Positions 7,973 through 16,941 of a stretch of DNA of 64,000 bases are shown here, piece after piece. Origin of the DNA: Clostridia bacterium. Its GTDB lineage: Bacteria; Bacillota; Clostridia; UMGS1883; UMGS1540. Within the stretch, counting starts at the first letter, position 1; each line of letters begins with the position of its first letter. Both the position numbers and the translations under genes were made by a program. The DNA is taken from contig JAZSIR010000001.1 of assembly GCA_045533905.1 (NCBI GenBank), positions 81,982 through 145,981 on the forward strand. The letters are read 5' to 3'. A model generated the notes under the pieces. The model searched no databases and was not told the DNA's origin. It worked only from the letters and a program-made list of their open reading frames with translations.

Positions 7973-9097
7973 TCAATATATCATTGCATTAAATACAGCC
8001 TCTTCAAATCGACGTGCTGAACTATTTCCTGCTCCTCCATCAAATCTGGAGTTTTTCATAAATACTGCGCAAATATCATTTTTAGGATCTACCCAAAAGT
8101 GAGATCCATAAGCTCCACTCCACCCAAAACTTCCAACAGATAAATGCGGATATTCCTCATCCGTGATAACACGCACACCTAACCCCCATTTTTGATAGCC
8201 CGGCATAATTTTTTCCGACACATAGGCTTTTGAAAGCTTGTTGATTGCCTGTTCAGATACAATTCGATTATTGTTTATTTCCCCTTTATTTAAAAGCATT
8301 TGTGCAAAGTTTGAATAATCATCTAGTGTGGACACCAATCCGGCACCTGCAAGCCTGTGTTCACAAGGAAATCTTTCAAACACACACCCGGAATAAGTTA
8401 TACCAATATCATTTTTTTCATCAACTTTGTTATGCATCATCATAAGCTGTTTCCATTGTTTTTCCGTTGGTGAAAAAGTTGTGTTTAACATATTGCACGG
8501 AACAAAAATTTCATTTTTCAAAAAAGTTTCATAGTCTTGTTTTGTTACATATTCAACAATCGCCGCAAGCACATCAAAAGCGGCAAACGCACTATATGCT
8601 TGCTTTGTAAATGGTTCAAAATCCAGTCCTGCGTTTATATAACACTTTACTGTATTTGAAATAGTTTCCCTATCATCCTCAGACATAGCAATAATCTTAT
8701 CACTACCAAATCCGGATGTATGTGTCAAGCAATGTAAAATTGTTACCGGTGTTTTTGTTTTTCCTAAATCTGCGCCATCGGAAGTTATAACATGTATATC
8801 TTCAAATTCAGGGATATATTTACTAACAGGTTCATCAAGAGAAATCAATCCTCTATCAACCAAAATCAGTATTGCCACTGCTGTTATTGGTTTTGTCATC
8901 GAAGCAAGACGATATATCGTGGTGTCATCCACCTGTTCTTTACCATCAATGCTTGTATGCCCAAAATGTTTCTTCAATACCACTTCGCCATTCTGATATA
9001 CAAAATAAGATGATCCAAACAAATTATTGTTTGTTAAATCAAATGTTGCAATTTTCTCAACATTGTGTTTGAGTTTTTCTTTGTTCAACAGTCTCAT
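7973..9097 (-). CDS. Serine hydrolase, beta-lactamase/class C-like family (cytoplasmic, likely esterase)
   Basis: ASMTK (SxxK), LTHTSG, YS, GAGLVST, FGWSGAYG; no signal peptide. Confidence 0.9.
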   Translation of the reverse strand: MRLLNKEKLKHNVEKIATFDLTNNNLFGSSYFVYQNGEVVLKKHFGHTSIDGKEQVDDTTIYRLASMTKPITAVAILILVDRGLISLDEPVSKYIPEFEDIHVITSDGADLGKTKTPVTILHCLTHTSGFGSDKIIAMSEDDRETISNTVKCYINAGLDFEPFTKQAYSAFAAFDVLAAIVEYVTKQDYETFLKNEIFVPCNMLNTTFSPTEKQWKQLMMMHNKVDEKNDIGITYSGCVFERFPCEHRLAGAGLVSTLDDYSNFAQMLLNKGEINNNRIVSEQAINKLSKAYVSEKIMPGYQKWGLGVRVITDEEYPHLSVGSFGWSGAYGSHFWVDPKNDICAVFMKNSRFDGGAGNSSARRFEEAVFNAMIY

Positions 9098-9200
9098 GTT
9101 TTGTTTCTCCTTTTATTTACTAAAAAATGTTGTTAATAGTTCATATAAACTTATGTCTAAAAAATGTATAAACAAATTTTAAGTTATCTCCGGACATCTA

Positions 9201-10049
9201 TCAATACAGCCCCACATCCACAAAAACCGGCGAATGATCAGACAAAGGTAGGTAATAATCCGGGGTATACCGTTCAAAACGATGCACAAAACCTGCCGGT
9301 GAAAATTTCACCATAATATGATCTATTCCTTTTTCAAACGGTGCTCTCACATAAGGCTTGTAGCCATCGCCAAAACAATAGTGGTAGCCCCAATCCTGGT
9401 CAGCAAAATCCGTGGCAATATCGTGGGCGTGTGCATAACCTCTGCTTAGCGCATTTTGAATTACAGAGCTTGTGTATCTTGCGTTAAAATCGCCCACCAA
9501 AACCACAGGACAGTTGTATATGTTATGAAATTTCTCCAGACGGTCCATTGCCATGTTCAGTTGGTAAACTCTCGCCTCATCAGAACCTGCCTGATAGTTT
9601 TTTGAATCAGAACTACCACTCATCCACCAAAGATGGGTAGTCATAAAAACAAGCTTTTTCCCGTCTGTTTTATCTTGAAACACAGCACAGCACCATGATT
9701 TTGTTCCGTTGTTGTTGAATTCGCCATCCCAGCCCGGAACTTCCGTAGGGTACATCAAAAAATCAGAATCCAACAGCTCCAGTCGCTCCTGACGATACAG
9801 TACCGGAGTATCTTTACCCCACAGCAAGGCATAACAATACCCCTGCTCCAACAGCCCCTGAATAATATGATCAGACATAACATGTGACATTTCTTGGAAA
9901 CCAATGATGTCGGGCTGTGTATCAGCATAAACCCGTACCATCCCCTTTGCCCTTGCAATCGCAGAACAATCTTCTCCTTTTATTTCCCATGCAGGGAGAT
10001 TGTTGTCACACTTCCAAACATTGTGACTCATAATACGCAACTTCCCCAT
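9201..10049 (-). CDS. Endonuclease/exonuclease/phosphatase (EEP) family protein
   Basis: MSHNV, DIIGFQE, TH, GDFN, IDHI, SDHSPV. Confidence 0.92.
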   Translation of the reverse strand: MGKLRIMSHNVWKCDNNLPAWEIKGEDCSAIARAKGMVRVYADTQPDIIGFQEMSHVMSDHIIQGLLEQGYCYALLWGKDTPVLYRQERLELLDSDFLMYPTEVPGWDGEFNNNGTKSWCCAVFQDKTDGKKLVFMTTHLWWMSGSSDSKNYQAGSDEARVYQLNMAMDRLEKFHNIYNCPVVLVGDFNARYTSSVIQNALSRGYAHAHDIATDFADQDWGYHYCFGDGYKPYVRAPFEKGIDHIMVKFSPAGFVHRFERYTPDYYLPLSDHSPVFVDVGLY

Positions 10050-10129
10050 AAAAATTCCTCCAATAATTTTTTGATATGTGTAAAAAAACACTTTGACTTT
10101 CAATATATTTTGATATATTCACTCTATAA

Positions 10130-10144
10130 ACTCGTGTTAAGTCA
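10130..10144. repeat. Junction site ACTCGTGTTAAGTCA
   Basis: 14/15 identical to 44012-44026. Confidence 0.7.
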
Positions 10145-10157
10145 AAAGCGAAAAACA

Positions 10158-10243
10158 TTACCGTTCTGCATCTTCATTAAGTGTTTCAATATAAAAACTT
10201 GTCCTTCTTTCAAATCTCACGTATGCTCAATCGGATTTTCGTA
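10158..10243 (-). pseudogene. Internally deleted remnant of a TIGR04076-family gene
   Basis: Translates YENPIEHT*DLKEGQV / SFYIETLNEDAER*, matching two separated parts of the intact 45112-45438 protein. Confidence 0.8.
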
Positions 10244-10277
10244 TATAATTCGTGGCCGATTCAGTTGCGGGCACTTC

Positions 10278-12302
10278 TCAGCTAATAACAGCTTTTTTCA
10301 AAACAACAACTCCATAAGGTTTTATCATTTCTTCTTCGAAATTGCCGCTTATAATTTCATAACCGGCTGGCAAATTCACCTTCTTTTCCTCATTATTGAA
10401 ATTCATAATAAAAATGTAATTATTGTTTGAGGAATAGCGCATTGTTACGCTTACATTTTCAGGCGTTTCGAAAACCTTATCAGCTGATATAATGTCCTTA
10501 AGCCATTCTTTATACAATTTTATATACCCATCAGTCATTAAATCCGTAGCTATGTAATATGCCTTACCTTTGCCATATTCATTTACTGTTACGGCAGGCA
10601 TATCTTTATAAAAATCTTCACAGTATTTTCCTATTACCGTCGCTCCTTCGAGGTATGCAAGCTCGCAATATTTCTCACTTCGGTATGACGTACCAAACAT
10701 TTTGACAAAATTATACTGACCGTCATACAGCGAATCCGTTTCCTCCGTCTTTACACCAAGTAATTTTCGCAAAGGATAACACTCTTTATCAAAAAAGCTC
10801 AGACCATATTCATCCACAACGCCTGTTCCGAAAGTGGTTACAAAAATCCCGCCGTTTTTTACATAATCCTCGATTTTTTCTTTCAGACCATTTTTTAACA
10901 TAAAAAGCATCGGTGCAATGACAACTTTATATTTCGAGAAATCGTCATTTTCAAAAACAAAATCACAGCCTATATTAAGCTGCCACAATGCTCCGTAGTT
11001 TTTCATAAGAGTATCTGAATATCCTTTATCCTCGTCTATATTTCTGTATGCCTGCGAAATTCTCAAACTCCAGAAACTGTCGTAATCGAACAGAATCGCC
11101 ACTTCATTTCGTGTAAGTGAACTTGCAATTTCTCCAATGTTTTTGAGCTCTTCTCCCACCTCTGCAACTTCTCTGAATACTCTCGTATCCTCACTGTTAT
11201 CATGCCCGACAACAGCACCGTGGAACTGCTCGGACTGGCCTCTGCTTTTTCTCCACTGGAAATACTGAACGGTATTGCTGCCATGAGCAACCGCCTGCAT
11301 CGATGCCAAAAGGTGCATGCCCGGGCGTCTTAACCTTGAAACCGCCTGCCAGTTTGTTGCAGAAGGTGAGCTTTCCATCAACATAAACGGCTTATCCTTT
11401 TTAAATGAGTTGAACAGCGAATGAAACAATGCAGTTTCAGCTGCCTCTTTGTATTCGTTATCACTTGAATGCCATGCCGGGTAATTATCCCAAGATATAA
11501 CATCTATGCTTTTTGAAAGCTTGGCATAGTCAATTTCCCAGAATCTCATAAAATTCGTCGTAACGGGAATATCCGGATTTATTCTCTTTACTGCAGCTGC
11601 TTCGCAGTCAAGAAAATCCTGCAGCATAGAATTTTTAAACCTGACCCACTCCAGTTTAAGAGGATTGGAAGAATTTTCTCCGTGTTGCCCCGGAGGCTCA
11701 ATCTGCGAAAAGCTCTGATATGTATGCGACCAAAACCCATTCCACCATTTTTCATTAAGGCTATCTATGGTTTTATACTTATTTTCAAGCCATTTTCTGA
11801 AATTTTCACAGCACAACGGGCAATGGCAATCCCGTACATTATATTCATTGGAAATATGCCACATCAAAATACCCGGATGATTTGAATATCTTTCAGCAAG
11901 CTTTGTGTTGATTATTCTCACTTTTTCTCTGTATACAGGCGATGAATAGCAGTTGTTGTGACGGTTTCCGAATCTGTCTCTTATTCCGTCCTCCTGCACA
12001 CGTTTTACTTCCGGATATTTTTCAGCCATCCATGCAGGCATTGCACCGGACGGTGTCGCAAGTATTGTATATATACCGTTTTCATAAAGAGTATCTATAA
12101 TTTTATCAAGCCATTCGAATTCAAAAACGCCTTCCTTCGGCTCAAGCCTGGACCATGCAAAAATCCCTACCGACATAACATTACAGCCGGACTTTTTCAT
12201 CAGCTCAATATCCTTTTCAAGAACTTCAGGATAACTGAGCCATTGGTCAGGGTTATAATCACAACCGTGCCATATACCTCTTAATTTTTGATTAATGTTC
12301 AT
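10278..12302 (-). CDS. Beta-galactosidase, GH42
   Basis: GCDYNPDQW, FAWSRLEP.EG, WHISNEY, LMESSPS, EQFHGAVV. Confidence 0.95.
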   Translation of the reverse strand: MNINQKLRGIWHGCDYNPDQWLSYPEVLEKDIELMKKSGCNVMSVGIFAWSRLEPKEGVFEFEWLDKIIDTLYENGIYTILATPSGAMPAWMAEKYPEVKRVQEDGIRDRFGNRHNNCYSSPVYREKVRIINTKLAERYSNHPGILMWHISNEYNVRDCHCPLCCENFRKWLENKYKTIDSLNEKWWNGFWSHTYQSFSQIEPPGQHGENSSNPLKLEWVRFKNSMLQDFLDCEAAAVKRINPDIPVTTNFMRFWEIDYAKLSKSIDVISWDNYPAWHSSDNEYKEAAETALFHSLFNSFKKDKPFMLMESSPSATNWQAVSRLRRPGMHLLASMQAVAHGSNTVQYFQWRKSRGQSEQFHGAVVGHDNSEDTRVFREVAEVGEELKNIGEIASSLTRNEVAILFDYDSFWSLRISQAYRNIDEDKGYSDTLMKNYGALWQLNIGCDFVFENDDFSKYKVVIAPMLFMLKNGLKEKIEDYVKNGGIFVTTFGTGVVDEYGLSFFDKECYPLRKLLGVKTEETDSLYDGQYNFVKMFGTSYRSEKYCELAYLEGATVIGKYCEDFYKDMPAVTVNEYGKGKAYYIATDLMTDGYIKLYKEWLKDIISADKVFETPENVSVTMRYSSNNNYIFIMNFNNEEKKVNLPAGYEIISGNFEEEMIKPYGVVVLKKAVIS

Positions 12303-12426
12303 AAGTAGCACCTCATCCTATTATTTATAAATATGTTTTATGTAATTAAGCGACAACTACGTCACCATAAATTCTCGTTGCCGTAAGTCTCTTATCAAGT
12401 CAAGAGCAAAATCTAACTGCCCCAAA

Positions 12427-13014
12427 TTACAATTCGATAAGATACGCCCTCGTGGGGGCGCCGTCAAAACCTGCAAGGTTTAAAGGGGCGGCGTTTAAGA
12501 AGTATTTCCCTTCGGGCGCATTTTTTAGGACAATGCCTTCGAGAAGCACGACGTCTGCGCCGAGGAGGATTTTATGTACTTCCATAGGCGCATCGATAGG
12601 CCCCACGGTTTGCCCTTCGTTTCCAAGGAGTAAAAGCGGCGCTTTGGCAAAAACCGCGGCGGCTTCCGCCGTGACGGTGACAGTGCCGCGAAGCAAAATG
12701 CGCTCTGCCGCGCCGTGAGCGCGCGCCTTTTCGAGGATACGCTCCGCATCCGCGGCAAAAAGCTCGCCTTTACAGTCGACAACAAAGCAGGCGCCAACAA
12801 CACGAAAAAGGTCTATCTCCTCCACTGTTTTGCCGTCCTTTATAAAATGAAACGGCGCGTCGATATGTGTGCCGCTGTGCGCGCACATAGAAAAAGCAGA
12901 AAGGTTATAAAGTGCGCCCTCCTCCATCCGCATAAGCTGCGAGGCCGCGGGGCGAGGGTCACCGGGGTAAACGTCTGCGGCGAGTGCCTCCTGCGAAATA
13001 TCGATAACCTTCAA
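12427..13014 (-). CDS. Cyclase-family protein (kynurenine formamidase-like)
   Basis: HSGTHIDAPFH motif; TTG start after AGGGGG RBS. Confidence 0.9.
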   Translation of the reverse strand: MKVIDISQEALAADVYPGDPRPAASQLMRMEEGALYNLSAFSMCAHSGTHIDAPFHFIKDGKTVEEIDLFRVVGACFVVDCKGELFAADAERILEKARAHGAAERILLRGTVTVTAEAAAVFAKAPLLLLGNEGQTVGPIDAPMEVHKILLGADVVLLEGIVLKNAPEGKYFLNAAPLNLAGFDGAPTRAYLIEL

Positions 13015-13030
13015 AGGGATGCCCCCTTTC

Positions 13031-13681
13031 CTATACTGCAAAAAGAATGAAGCCTATTGTGTTTGTGGCAAAGTTTGCAAACATATGGATAAGCCACGAA
13101 AGATATATATTCCCGTGCTTTTCGTCACACAAATTAAATAGCAGGCCGCCGACGAAGATCCCCGCAAGGGATAAAAGCACCACGGGAAGGCTAAACCAGC
13201 CGAGCATCATCGCAATATGATAGAGTGCAAAGGCTATGCTGCTGAAGAAAAAGGCAAATTTCCGGGAAGTGTATTTTCGAAGTGCCAGAAACGAAAATCC
13301 GCGGAAGAAAAATTCTTCCAGAAAAGAATTGACGAATGAAATATACAGCGCCACCCACAGGAAATTGGATGTATTGACGCCCGTAGTCTCGCCAAGGCTT
13401 TTGGTGAGGGCAGAAAAGTCGAACACGTTCCGGAAAATAAGGTAGCCGCCTACGATGATGGCATACACGAGGATGCCGAGGAATATGGCCATAAAAAGAC
13501 CTTTTTTATCCGGTTTCAAAAACGGTTTTACCGCCCCGCGGCACCACAAAGCGGGTATGCCGAGAAACAGCACCATTTTAATGGCGGATTTTATGATATA
13601 GCCCGGCTGCCAGACAGCATCGACAAGCCCCATCAGCGTGCAGGCTGCGAGGACAAGCACGGGAATTTTCCATTTTTTCAT
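13031..13681 (-). CDS. CPBP (Abi) family intramembrane glutamic endopeptidase
   Basis: EEFFFRG, FALYH, H.FAN motifs. Confidence 0.9.
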   Translation of the reverse strand: MKKWKIPVLVLAACTLMGLVDAVWQPGYIIKSAIKMVLFLGIPALWCRGAVKPFLKPDKKGLFMAIFLGILVYAIIVGGYLIFRNVFDFSALTKSLGETTGVNTSNFLWVALYISFVNSFLEEFFFRGFSFLALRKYTSRKFAFFFSSIAFALYHIAMMLGWFSLPVVLLSLAGIFVGGLLFNLCDEKHGNIYLSWLIHMFANFATNTIGFILFAV

Positions 13682-13708
13682 TCCGCCCCGCTCCTTTCTC
13701 GAGAAGGC

Positions 13709-15565
13709 TTATTTATCCTTATAGTAATCACCCAACACAATGATATCGTTTACTTCCATACTGGCCCGCACGCGTTCGCTCTGCTTTGCGATATATACCT
13801 CTTCCTCCGGCGAGAACGCGTGTTCTTCCTTCGGGATATAGTGCATACGGTCGTCCATCCAGGCAGACGTTTCAAAGTAGGCAAAGCCCGGATTTTCGGG
13901 TGCGAGCACATCGTTGCCGATATATTTGCCGCTTTTATCAAGACCGAAGAGGTTTGCGATGGTGGGCAGCCAGTCCACCGTCATCATCGGTTTGGAAACC
14001 TCATTATTTTTCATTCCCTTCGCATAAATGAAGGCAGGCACGCGGTAGGTAATATCATCGCCCTTACATTCCGCCAGGAGCTCTGAATCGGAAAGCCCGT
14101 AGGCAAAATGGTCGGTGTAGGCGATGATGACAGTATCATCAAGAAGCCCGTCCTCCTCAAGGCGCTCTAAAAGAAGGCGGAAAAACTCATCCGTATCCTT
14201 CGCTAAAATCATCGCATTGTTTTTCTCCCGCGGCTCATTTTCGTCGATAAGCTCGGGGTAATATTCCTTGGCAAGCGCCATTTTTCCGCTTTCCGTATTG
14301 TACGGAAGGTGCGCGGAGTACGTGATAATGAAATTACAAAACGGCGTTTTCTCCGTCATTTTAGCGTAGAGCTCGTCATTTTTCATCATACTGCTGTCCA
14401 GCTCCGCTTCCGCGGCCGGAATGCCGAAATCCGTAATCGCGTGGTACTTTTCGTACCCGAAGCTTTTATGCATAATGCCGCGGTTATAGAATTCGGGACT
14501 GTTGAAGTGGAAGGAGTTCAGCGCGTAGCCTTCTTTTTTGAAGAGATTGGCCATCGAGTAGGGAAAACTGTTCGTGCTGAAATTCGAAGCGGAAACGGCC
14601 GAAACGGGCGTGAAAAATCCCGTGTTAAAGGCAAATTCCGAGCTGAAGGTAAAGCCTGCACCGAAAAACGGTGCATTATAATTCGTAAAGTTTATGCCGC
14701 TTTGCATCATTTTATAGAGCGTGGGTGTATATTCCTTATCAATCATCCACGTATCCACACTCTCGAGCATCACGGCGATAACGTTTTTGCCCTTGAAAAG
14801 ACCCGTGTATTGATTATCGCCATACTCGCCCCGTTCGGTGAAAAACATATCCACTTTTTCGAGTTCGCTTTCGTCAAGCTCGTTGCCGCCGAAAAGGATG
14901 CGCGTAATATCCCGCACGGTAAGCTGGTAGAGTCCCGCCGTCTTAAAGCTTTTATTGACATCGTTTAGGCGCTTATACACGATTCTCGGTTTGCGCCAGG
15001 AATCCCAGTCGTTCATCTTATCCCCGTGTACTTCGGGCAGCATATAGATATGCACAGACGCGAGAAGGAGCACCGGAACAAGCAGAAGAGCCCACCATCT
15101 TCTCGGTCTTTTTACGGGCGTTTTCCACAAAACGGCCGCGGCCGTAAGACAGAGGACGGCAAGAACGGCGCTGACAATGAGGCGTGCATCCACCTGCTCG
15201 AAGACAAAGCCAAGGTAATCCCCCACCTCGTCTGCAAGCATCACACTCTTAATCCAGAAAAACTGTTCGAAAATCTTAAAGTATATGTACTGACAGACGG
15301 CAAGGATGATAAACACCGCGTTCCAAACAATATATACGATTCTGCCCGCGGTTTTGGGAAGGACAAATACGCAGAGGATGAGAATGAACACCCCCCATAG
15401 CGCCGTAAACAGCCACGAAACAACGGGAACATACGCCTCCCAGAACACCGATTCGGGCGTAAGCGACCGAAGAAGGGCGTCGGGCAAAAGAAGCGCGACC
15501 GCCGCAAACAGCAGAAAATAATATTTTTTTATGCATCCGAGAATTTTTCCGCCTTTGGTTTTCAT
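13709..15565 (-). CDS. LTA synthase / sulfatase family membrane protein
   Basis: N-terminal TM helices; KNVIAVMLES, T...EF, HLPY, DH motifs. Confidence 0.85.
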   Translation of the reverse strand: MKTKGGKILGCIKKYYFLLFAAVALLLPDALLRSLTPESVFWEAYVPVVSWLFTALWGVFILILCVFVLPKTAGRIVYIVWNAVFIILAVCQYIYFKIFEQFFWIKSVMLADEVGDYLGFVFEQVDARLIVSAVLAVLCLTAAAVLWKTPVKRPRRWWALLLVPVLLLASVHIYMLPEVHGDKMNDWDSWRKPRIVYKRLNDVNKSFKTAGLYQLTVRDITRILFGGNELDESELEKVDMFFTERGEYGDNQYTGLFKGKNVIAVMLESVDTWMIDKEYTPTLYKMMQSGINFTNYNAPFFGAGFTFSSEFAFNTGFFTPVSAVSASNFSTNSFPYSMANLFKKEGYALNSFHFNSPEFYNRGIMHKSFGYEKYHAITDFGIPAAEAELDSSMMKNDELYAKMTEKTPFCNFIITYSAHLPYNTESGKMALAKEYYPELIDENEPREKNNAMILAKDTDEFFRLLLERLEEDGLLDDTVIIAYTDHFAYGLSDSELLAECKGDDITYRVPAFIYAKGMKNNEVSKPMMTVDWLPTIANLFGLDKSGKYIGNDVLAPENPGFAYFETSAWMDDRMHYIPKEEHAFSPEEEVYIAKQSERVRASMEVNDIIVLGDYYKDK

Positions 15566-15611
15566 AAAACACCTTCTCTTTTGTGAATACAGCCTTACAA
15601 TGGGTGAGAAG

Positions 15612-16910
15612 CTACATCCTTTTTGTTTTCATTTTTCGGGCAAAGAGCGTTAAAACAAGCAAAATGATATAAAGTGCGCCAATGGAAACGAAGATAGCCG
15701 GCCAGCCGAAGGTATCCTTCACAAAGCCGAACACAACGGCCTGAATGGCGGCACCCATATACACGGCCCAGTCCAAAACGCCAACGATAGTGGAGGAAAA
15801 GGCACGGCCGCCCATATCCCCGGCGATCGTCCAGATAACACCCGTGACCATGGCAAATACGCCCAGAACAAAGAGCATACCGGAGGCCAGCGCCTGGCTT
15901 TTGATAAACGGGAACAGGATCATCCCGAGGAATGTGACCACCGAGGCTAAAATCAGCATCGGTTCGCGCTTTCCCTTAAAGACCTTATCCGTTATAAGCG
16001 GGAACACAAACATTGCGCATGCCTGCCCTATGGGTAGAAGAATGGAACTGAAAATACCGTCCTTTATGGAAAGCCCAAGGGCCTCGGTGAAATATGTAGG
16101 CACCCAGGTGAGAAGGCCGTAACGGCCGATACCCGCGATAGCGGAAATGAGGCAGAAAACGAGAACCTTCGGTTCCGTGAAAAGCACCTTATACGGATAT
16201 AAGAACCCTTTTCTCTGTATTTCTTCGGATAAGGCTTCATCTCTTTCCGCTGCCTCTTTATCCGTTTCTTCAAACGGTGCAAGGCCTGCATCCTCGGGTC
16301 TTTCTTTGAAGAAGGCATAAAACGCTATGAGCATCAGAAGCATCGGCACGATGGGATAGCGGAATGCGGCGCGCCAGCCCCATTCGGGGTTCCAGTCCAT
16401 ACAGAGCAGAATCGTAAGATAGGTAACAACCTGCGCAAGGCCGGAAAATGCTGTGGTGAGTCCCGAAGCAAACCCGCGTTTATCCTTCGGCCACCATTTA
16501 TTCAGCACGCCAAGGCCGTTCGCCCATACGGTGGACTGAAAAAAGCCGTTGAGCCCCCACAAAACCGCAATGACCGGAATGGAGGTCTGAAAGGATATAC
16601 TGATGTTGAGAACGGCCGAGGCCACAACGCCCACCATCATAAAGCGTTTATAGCCGAAGAACGCACCGAGGCGGCCATTTATCAGCTGCCCGAAGGCATA
16701 GCACCAGAAAAGCGCGGAGGACACAACGCCGAGCGCTGCAGTCGTGGAGCCGAGCTCCTCTGCCATCTGTGTCATAACAAGGTTTATGTTCTGGCGGCCG
16801 TTATAGAAGAAGAGATACATAAGGCCAAAGCTCAGGAGCATCAGCCACCCGTGCTTCTTGAATTTTTTATAGTCGTTTTCCGGGTAACCGTACATTTTTT
16901 TCGTTTCCAT
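15612..16910 (-). CDS. MFS transporter (GlpT/UhpT-like)
   Basis: 12 TM pattern, Y..R.N, YAFGQLING, KWWP..KRG, WGWR. Confidence 0.9.
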   Translation of the reverse strand: METKKMYGYPENDYKKFKKHGWLMLLSFGLMYLFFYNGRQNINLVMTQMAEELGSTTAALGVVSSALFWCYAFGQLINGRLGAFFGYKRFMMVGVVASAVLNISISFQTSIPVIAVLWGLNGFFQSTVWANGLGVLNKWWPKDKRGFASGLTTAFSGLAQVVTYLTILLCMDWNPEWGWRAAFRYPIVPMLLMLIAFYAFFKERPEDAGLAPFEETDKEAAERDEALSEEIQRKGFLYPYKVLFTEPKVLVFCLISAIAGIGRYGLLTWVPTYFTEALGLSIKDGIFSSILLPIGQACAMFVFPLITDKVFKGKREPMLILASVVTFLGMILFPFIKSQALASGMLFVLGVFAMVTGVIWTIAGDMGGRAFSSTIVGVLDWAVYMGAAIQAVVFGFVKDTFGWPAIFVSIGALYIILLVLTLFARKMKTKRM

Positions 16911-16941
16911 TTTACTTTCTCCTTTGCACAACCTCTAGTTT

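Noticed and set aside
7973-9097. Antibiotic-resistance beta-lactamase
   Set aside because: No signal peptide and family includes mostly esterases; resistance cannot be claimed.
4522-12302. Co-orientation of cassette genes as evidence of an integron
   Set aside because: Nearly all genes in the window are on the minus strand, so orientation is uninformative.
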